From Pseudovirgaria hyperparasitica (lineage: Eukaryota), in the NCBI GenBank assembly GCA_010093815.1, contig ML996587.1: 64,000 nucleotides of DNA. One strand, given 5' to 3'. The notes below the pieces were generated by a model. That model was not told the DNA's origin. It saw only the letters and a list, made by a program, of their open reading frames with translations, and did no database searches. The position numbers and the translations under genes were made by a program. Shown here in pieces: positions 55,768 through 64,000 of this stretch (position 1 is the first letter of the stretch; each line of letters opens with the position of its first letter).

Positions 55768-58700
55768 ATTAGTAATATATATAAGATAGAGATTATTTAA
55801 AGGCGCCTATTTCCGTACTAATTACTTTAGAGCGTCGAGATTTCGGGAAACTATATTATAATTATTACTAATTTATGCGGATTATTACGAATTATACTAT
55901 TACTAGCTAAGGACGGTATAAAAATTAGTAAAATGCGTAAATCGCACTAAATTATAGTAAATCTATATAAATCTATGTCTATAAGGATCGGGTAATATAC
56001 CTAATAATCTAAAAAACTCTATAAAGAGTTAAGAAGTTTTTTAAAGAAAGGAATATTTCTAAGAAAAGATTTTAATATAGGTAGCATCTAGGCTTACCTA
56101 ATTAGATCACGTGATACGCTAGGCCTAATTAGGCAATCTTACCTATGTAAGAAGTTAGAATAGATAAAATCTAGTTTATTAGGAAAACGCTTATATAAAT
56201 CTTAGATTAGCGAATATTAGTAAATATCTAAGACGAAGTATAGAGAACGACTAAGGTCTTACGAGACTTAGAATAGGGATATAGAGATAGGTAACGACCT
56301 AGGTCGCTAAGGGTAGCTTCCTAGAGGGAAGGGATAATTATTAGAACTTAGCCTTAGGTAGAACCCGACCTATATATACCTTAGCTAATAGAGTTAGGAG
56401 GTGACGTAAAGGGCGGTAAATAGTCACGTGCTAGATAGATCGGCGTCCCTTTATATATATACTCTCGGATTCCTACTAAAAGGGTTCGGTAGTAATTCGT
56501 TCTATGATAGAATACACCCTATTGTTCTATCTAACTACACTACTATCCAATAACCCTATTCTTACATTATTCTCTCTTCTAGCTTTATATAAGATTTTAA
56601 AGTTGAATATTAATATCTACTTAGCCTAATATACTTATTAGTAATTAAGGACCTTAGTTAATATAAAGTAATATAGATTTATATAATCTAATAATAATTT
56701 AATCTAATATATAGAACCTTCTAAATAATATTACTATTACTTAAAACTCTTAATAATTATAAGTAGTTTCTAGTTATATATATTATAATATATCTCTATA
56801 TCTACTATTTTATAGAAAAATAAGACGACTAGATACTATTATATCTTATTTTTTATATCTTTATACGGTTAACTAATAATTCTAGTAATTATAAATTCTA
56901 ATATATTAGTTTCGACCTAAATATACTTCTTAGAATTAAAATACCTAAGAATTAGTATAGTTATAAAGTAATTCTTTAATAATTAGAATATATCTTATAC
57001 TTCTAGTATTAACTATATCTTAACTAACTTAGCTTTATACTATACTTATCTATCTATAGAGATTTTACTACTATTCTCTATAAGTTTATTAAGTAGTACT
57101 ATAATTTATAAGAGGTCTATAATAAATTTATAATAATAGTTTATAAAATCTATAAATATTCTAATTTAATATATAGTAGTAGATTGTAGCTATTCTATAA
57201 TAGTCTTTATACGCTCTAGCTCTATTTTTTAACCGCTATATATTATAATAAAGCTAAGAAACCTAACTTCTTATTAGTAGAACTTATATTTAAATAACTT
57301 TATATAGAGCTTATACTATCTTAGATAATTTAGTACTAATTTTATATATTCTTTATAATTCTATATACTATTAGAGTAAATTAGTATATTATTAAGATAG
57401 ACTATATAGATTATATTAAGTAATTCTATAAGTATAGTATTAATATATTCTTAAAATACTTCTAGTATATTTATTAGTCTAAACAGTATAATAGTATACT
57501 TAAAATAACTATATCTAGTCTAAAATATAGTTTTCTACTTATCTCTATAATAAATTTAAAGCTAGTAATATATATCTTATAAATCTAGCTTTATAAAGTA
57601 CTTTACCTTTATTAATTAGTCTAAAGATTTACTAACTAGTAGTAATAGATAATAATTCTTCTTAGTTACTATATTTAGTATCTAATAGTTAATATATAGA
57701 TAGAAACTTCTATCTTTCTTCTTTATAAAGAGAATAGATATACTAGCTAATAATATACTATAATATATCTAGTCTCTTCTAAGGTATTCTTTAATATATT
57801 TAGAAAGAACTTTAAGTTCTAGTCTTAAAAGTAGATAAAGTAGACTATAAGAAATATCTACTCCCTCTTTAAGCTTAATCTTTAGCTTATATAGTCTATA
57901 ATTAGAGAGAAGTAATATATCTTCTACTAAAAATATATCTATATACTATAAATATATATTAGATAGCGTGTCTTTATTCTAATTATTACTATTATTCTTA
58001 TCTTTATTAAGAATTAATAGAGATATAAGATAGATTAGTAATAATTAAGTCTATATAGTAAGGTTCTATACCTTCTTACTAATAACTATAACTTACTAGT
58101 ATAATTTACTATAATATTAGTAGAATATTAAGATCTTCTTCTAAACATTAAGAATTAGATTTTAATATTTAAGCTAAGGTATTTCTAGAATTATATTCTA
58201 TTAGCTAATATTAGCTATAATAAACTTATTAGATATCTACTATTTTATTATCTTTAAGTTATAAACTTTATAATTTATTATAGCTTTATCTAAAGTTCTA
58301 ACTTTATATCTATTAACTATAATAGTTTAGCTAACTTTACTAAGATTATATAATAATCTATACTTCTTTATAAGAATTAATAAAATATAGTTATCTTCTA
58401 TACTAGTATCTATAAGAGCCTATATAGTTTTATTACTATTTACTATAGATAATAATATCTTTAGTAATATTAGATCTTTACTTACTAGAAGGTACTATAG
58501 CTCCTTCTAAGTATATATAATTTAGCTAAGAATATAGTTAGATCTTATATACTAGTCTATTCTTTTTTTAGATTCTTATAGTTAGGTAAAATATATTCTA
58601 TTTCTCTATACTTATAGTAATAAAGTATACTATAATCCTACTATCTTATAATAGATATTATATTTAAGTCTATATCTTATTCCTTTCTATATTAAGAAGT

Positions 58701-60132
58701 ACCGCCTTAATTATTTTAGTATTCTCTTAATATATTTCTACTCTAATTTATACTCTTCTAGTACTAATTATAGTAAGGTTACTCTTAATTAAATATATTT
58801 AATTAACCTTATTTCTAACCTATATAGAGTTTATTAGTTTTATCTAGAGAGCTATATTCCTTAAGAATATAGTAGTATTTATTAGCTTTCTTCTCTAATT
58901 TATATAGATAATTAAAACTTAATAATACTATTTCTAGTCTTTCGTGGATTAATAGGAGTAGTACTTTATAAAACTAGAATATATAAATATTTTTCTATAA
59001 TATAGGGATATTATTCTATAGGTTTTAAAGGTATTATAGTAGTTAAGTAAATATCTAGTTCGGTTATTATACTACGCTTCTTAACTTAGATAGTACCTTT
59101 CTTTTATATTCTCTATCTATTCTAAGGCTATTTAGTATAAATATAGCTAAATATTTCTAGGTTATTATAGATAGTAGCTATATTTCCTTCTATCTATTCT
59201 ATTAATTATAGAATTATAAGTCTAGGTATTATTCTCTAAATAAAATATATTATACTTTAGTAGAAAAGAGTAGAGAGTTATTAAGGAAGTACTTTTTATA
59301 GTCTCTCTTCTAGTCTTTCTACTCCTTTTAGTTCTTCTCTATAAATATAATTAGATCTTTAGATTTTAGTATATCTAGAGAAGGAGTAGAGTAAATTAGT
59401 AATAAAGCGGCCGGGAGTATAGTAGATTATTATAACTCTAGTAGTAGATAAACTAATTCTACCTAAATTAGTATAGGAAGTTATCCGTCTACTATTATTC
59501 GGTATAGTTCTTTAAGAGACTCTTTAAGTTCTTATCTCTTTATAAGAAGTTTTATATATTTAGTCTATTCTTTAAGAATCTAAATCTCTTAGACTTAATT
59601 AGTAATATACTTCTATAGTTTAGTAATAGTTTATTATAACACCTTATATAGCTCCACTACAACTTATTATCTAACTTCATATTATTAGAAGTTACTTAGT
59701 ATATCTACTATTTCTTTATTAGAAAGCTCTGTGATTTAGTCTAATATCTCTACTTCTTAGTTAGAAATAGCTAGATTTAATACTAATTATAGAGGATCCC
59801 TATTATTTAATATAGTATTACTTATCTCTATAGTAGATTATATTAACCTTCTTAGTTCTAGTTAAACTATCTTAACTATAGTACTATATAGAGAGTAATT
59901 TAAATATAAGAATAGGGTTATTAGATAGTAGTATAGTTAGATAGAATAATAGAGTATATTCTATTATAGAATAAATTACTACTAAACTCTTTTAGTAGAA
60001 ATCTAAGAGTATATATATAAAGAGACGCCGATCTATCTAGTATATAACCATTTACTACCCTTTATACTACCTTCTAACTATATTAGCTAAGGTATATATA
60101 GATCGGGTTATATATAAGACTAAGTCCTAACA

Positions 60133-60989
60133 TTAGCTAGCTAACGTTATATTAGAAGAGTTAAGTACCGCTATTCTATCTCCTCTATCTATTAATATTA
60201 ATATACTAGCGATTATAATCTAATCGCCTTATAAATTAATATATAATAAGAGTTTAAGCGAATATATAAAAGTCTAATATTATATACTATTTAGGGCTAG
60301 AGAGGAAGCGTCTACCGGCGTAGTAGTTATTAAGGTAATAGTAGAAGTCTATATATAACTAGATATACTAAGTCCGCCTTCTTCTTATATAGTTCTATTA
60401 CTAGATAATATTACTAGTTTTAATATTATAGAAGAGGAGTTTATAGATACGAACCTATGAATGTTAGTATAATATTAGCTTAATAGTATATATTATAGTA
60501 TAAGGTAAGTTATATTTAGACTATAGTTAGATATATATACTAGTATACTAACGGATATATAGTATCTCTACTATAAATAGAATAGATAAGATATAGCTAG
60601 TAATATCTTACTATCTAGAAGAGATAGTTACTATAGAATTTAGAAGATAGACTCGGTATCTATAGTATTAGTATATTAGATAGTTAAACCTTTATACAAT
60701 ACTATTTACTTATATCTATATTTATCTAAGCTCTAATTTAATAGCCTTCTATAATATACTATATACTTAGTTAGTAAGCTACTAGACTTATATAATAGTA
60801 GTATACTACTCTACTTTATATACTACTTAAGCTACTATTACTTTAGTCTATGTTAATCTTAGCTTTCTTTAGTTATCTCTATATTATAAAAGAAAACTTC
60901 TATAAATCTTTTCTCTACTTATCTTAGTTTTTAAATCTAAATCTTACCTTCTATACTTTATTCTATATTAATTATAACTATATATAAAT
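60133..60989. other. Unclassified RIPped segment between C2 and C3
   Basis: Same RIP signature (so probably repetitive elsewhere in the genome) but no match seen in this window and no motif I can assign. Confidence 0.4.
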
Positions 60990-63900
60990 TGTAAGAATAG
61001 GGTTATTAGATAGTAGTATAGTTAGATAGAATAATAGAGTATATTCTTTTATAGAACGAATTACTACTAAACCCTTTTAGTAGAAATCTAAGAGTATATA
61101 TATAAAAAGACGCCGATCTATCTAGTATATAACTATTTACCGCCCTTTACGCCACCTTCTAACTATATTAGCTAAGGTATATATAGATTAGGTTATACCT
61201 AAGACTAAGTTCTAATAATTATCCCCTTCCTTTAGGAAGCTACCCTTAGTAACCTAGATTATTATCTATCTCTATATTCTAATTCTAAGTCTTATAAGAC
61301 CTTAGTCGTTCTCTATACTTCGTCTTAGATATTTACTAATATTTATTAATCTAAGATTTATATAAGCGTTTTCCTAATAAACTAGATTTTATCTATCTTA
61401 AATTCTTATATAGGTAAGATTACCTAATTAGGCCTAGCGTATCATATAATATAATTAGATAAGTCTAGATACTATCTATATTAAAATCTTTTCTTAGAAA
61501 TATTCCTTTCTTTAAAAAACTTCTTAACTCTTTATAGAGTTTTTTAGATTATTAGATATATTACCCGATTCTTATAGATATAGATTTATATAGATTTACT
61601 ATAATTTACTATAATTTATATAGCTTACTAACTTTTATAGTATACTTAGCTAATAATAATAATAATCTATAAGAATCTATATCAATTAGTAGTAATTATA
61701 ATATAGTTTCCCGAAATCTTAATACTCTAAAGTAATTAGTATAGAAATAGGCGCCTTTAAATAATCCCTATCTTATATACGTTACTAATATATTAAAAGC
61801 TATTAATCTACTCTAACCTAGGCCGGGCTCTAATAATCTAGCTATATATTATTATAGTTATCACTTTCCATCGTATATTACTTACGGTAGTACTAAATCT
61901 ATAATATACAGTACTTATATAACTAAGAAGCGTTATTACTTATAGGTATTTAAGTAAGTTCGAAGAACTTTATATAGATTTACTTATATTAGTATAGATT
62001 ACTACTAGGCCTCTAGTAACCTCTACTAATAAGAAGTATAGTACTACTAATTATAACGCCTTAGAGAAGACTTTCTATAAGCTATATATCTAAGGTAAAG
62101 ATTATATCTTAGAGTACGATTCTAATATAATCTATAAGAATTTATTAGAATCTACTATAGCTATTATTACCGTAATTATTAGGTAATATTATTTTTCTTA
62201 AATTATTATAGATTCTTACTAATATATATTAATCTCTATAATAGTACTAAAATCTCTACTACTTTAGACTTCTTTCTATATACTAGTAATATTAAAATTT
62301 CTAGAAAAGGTTCTAGTAAAAAGGCTAAGGTTCCTTTCTTATATATACTAAAAGACTGTAAATTTAGAGAAGATAGCTCTAATCTAGAAGTTTCTATACT
62401 AAAGGTATATAGTTCTATACTAATTATTAAATCTTTTTACTAATTTATATAATTCTTAGCGTACCCACGCTAGTCTATCTCTCTCTATTTTAGGTTCTAC
62501 CGCTCTATAGATTTCTATAGAGGAGTTTATAGCTATAAGGCGCGCTATATAGAATTTATAGCGTTAGAATAAAAGGCTAGAGACTTATATTATAAAGCTC
62601 TATACTATACTAAATAAGAACTAGCGGAAGGAATTAGATATAACTATTACAGTAATTAGTACTTCTACTTCTACTCCGACTTAATTAGTTTAGATCTATA
62701 CTAATTAGTACTAATATATTTCTTTTATCTAGTGTTTTTAGTTTTCGGTTTTAATTTTAAAGTAATCTTACTTCTTCTAGATAGATTAGTATAAATTTAT
62801 ATAGATCTATATAGATCTTTATATTTTCTTTTAGCTTTCTTAATTTTATCTTTCTTTAATAATAACTTCTTTAATCTCTTTAGTAATCTATACCAATCTA
62901 TACTAATTAGTACCGATTTTTAATGTCTATTTCTCTTAGTAAATTATTTTTCTAAGTCTCTTTTTTAGTTAAATTTTTTAAAGTTCTAACTTTAAACTTT
63001 CTAAGGAAGTTCTAAGTTTAAACTTTCTAAGGGAGTTCTAAGTTCGAACTTTCTAAGGAAGTTCCTTAATTCCTTAGAATAAATGTTTTAAAGATCTATA
63101 TCTCTTTTACCTTCTTTCTTTTAGACGGCCGTTCTTAGCGCTAAACTATACTAAAAAACATTAAATCGCCGTACTTTAGTATAATTCTCTATAATTCTAT
63201 AGCTTCCTTTACTAATCGCTACTTATATACTAATATTACTACTTTACTAATATTTATTATAGGTTTCTAAGTATCTTTATTAGGATTATATCATCTAAGC
63301 CCGAACGGGCGCCATGGGACTCCTATACTACATCCATAAGAGAGGCGTTCCCGACACCTCCCTATAGTATAAGGCATACGGCCGGAGAGATATAATACGC
63401 TACTATCTAGCTATATGCCCTAATCTCCATATATAATAGTAATAGCTTATCTACGTTATGAAGACTTTAGATATCGTATAATAGCTTAATAAGTACCCTA
63501 AGGACGTCTCCCGATAGATACTTATATATCTACTACTCCTCTAGTACTAGTGGACCTGGAAATATATACCGGAAGAGACCCGGTATATGCCGGTAGTAAC
63601 CCGATATATACCGGAAGAACCCTAGGAGAACCCCGATTATTAGTTAAGGGCAGCCCTTAACTAATAACCTCCGCACCTACACGTGCTACCTAAGGGTAAA
63701 ATAACGGTAATATAGGCTATAGGCTAATAGGCGTACCCTATAGCTATATACCTAAGATAAAATAGAGGTTTAACGAGATATAGTTATAGACATAAGGAAG
63801 TTTTTCCCTATAGGGTTTCTTCTTATATAGTGGCTTAGACTAGAGGAGGCATAGGCCTATAGAGTACTACTCTACCTAGTTATATAATATTATTATTATT

Positions 63901-64000
63901 ATTATTAGGATTATATTCTTTCTAATAAATTTTATATAGCTATATACTATCTTCGGCGTATTACTAGCTAAGTATCTACTTAACTTTATAGATATCTATA
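60990..64000 (-). mobile_element. Family C copy C3 (3' LTR 60990-61217, cargo gene, pol end; continues past the window)
   Basis: Reverse complement of the C1 3' part; starts TGTAAG; cargo gene copy at 61790-62684 has the same 895-bp span as in C1. Confidence 0.93.
63292..63901 (+). mobile_element. Strongly 5'-truncated LINE copy L5 (~610 bp) in the chromodomain of C3
   Basis: TSD TTATTAGGATTATAT (63277-63291 / 63902-63916); near-identical to the 3' end of L1; palindrome 63637-63667; (TAT)n tail. Confidence 0.94.

Larger units (their letters stand above)
49183..56566 (+). mobile_element. Family C copy C1, complete Ty3/Gypsy chromovirus (7384 bp)
   Basis: 228-bp LTRs 49183-49410 (TG...CA intact) and 56339-56566; 5-bp TSD TTATT on both sides; PPT GAGGGAAGGG before the 3' LTR. 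Confidence 0.97.
39917..60132 (-). mobile_element. Ty3/Gypsy chromovirus family C, copy C2 (LTRs 39917-40144 and 59905-60132), interrupted by LINE L4 and by copy C1
   Basis: Pieces 39917-42473, 47840-49182 and 56572-60132 join into the reverse complement of C1; both LTRs 228 bp; more strongly RIPped than C1. Confidence 0.92.
1..64000. other. RIP-degraded, AT-rich nested retrotransposon block (heterochromatin/centromere-like), filamentous ascomycete
   Basis: Pervasive TA/TAG/CTA and near absence of CA/TG; copies of the same LTR element differ mostly by C/T and G/A transitions; longest ORF in the supplied track is only 118 aa although multi-kb retroelement reading frames are recognisable. Confidence 0.95.

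Noticed and set aside
1..64000. Alternative genetic code (stop reassignment) explaining the TAA/TAG-rich frames
   Set aside because: Stops differ between copies of the same element and come with C>T/G>A missense changes in catalytic motifs (e.g. FLDD to FLDN), which fits RIP.

Overview
Gene-free, AT-rich fungal (Pezizomycotina-type) heterochromatin-like block made almost entirely of nested retroelements degraded by repeat-induced point mutation (strong TpA excess, CpA/TpG depletion, TAG/TAA stops at expected Gln/Trp codons). It holds four Ty3/Gypsy LTR families (A: two copies nested in opposite orientation; B; C: three copies, one complete with TSD; D), five Tad1-like LINE copies and one tRNA-headed SINE with a LINE-like tail. 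No intact protein-coding gene is supported. Four signals stand out: (1) family A carries a ~990-codon extra ORF between pol and the 3' LTR with a PhyH-like 2OG-Fe(II) dioxygenase motif set; (2) family C carries an antisense, three-intron gene with a Zn2Cys6-like N-terminus; (3) one 31-bp palindrome occurs 11 times, mostly at ORF boundaries, in both the Gypsy A and the unrelated LINE family; (4) a fungal tRNA-derived SINE paired with its likely LINE partner. All protein calls come from manual translation with mental reversal of RIP (C>T, G>A); no database search was run.
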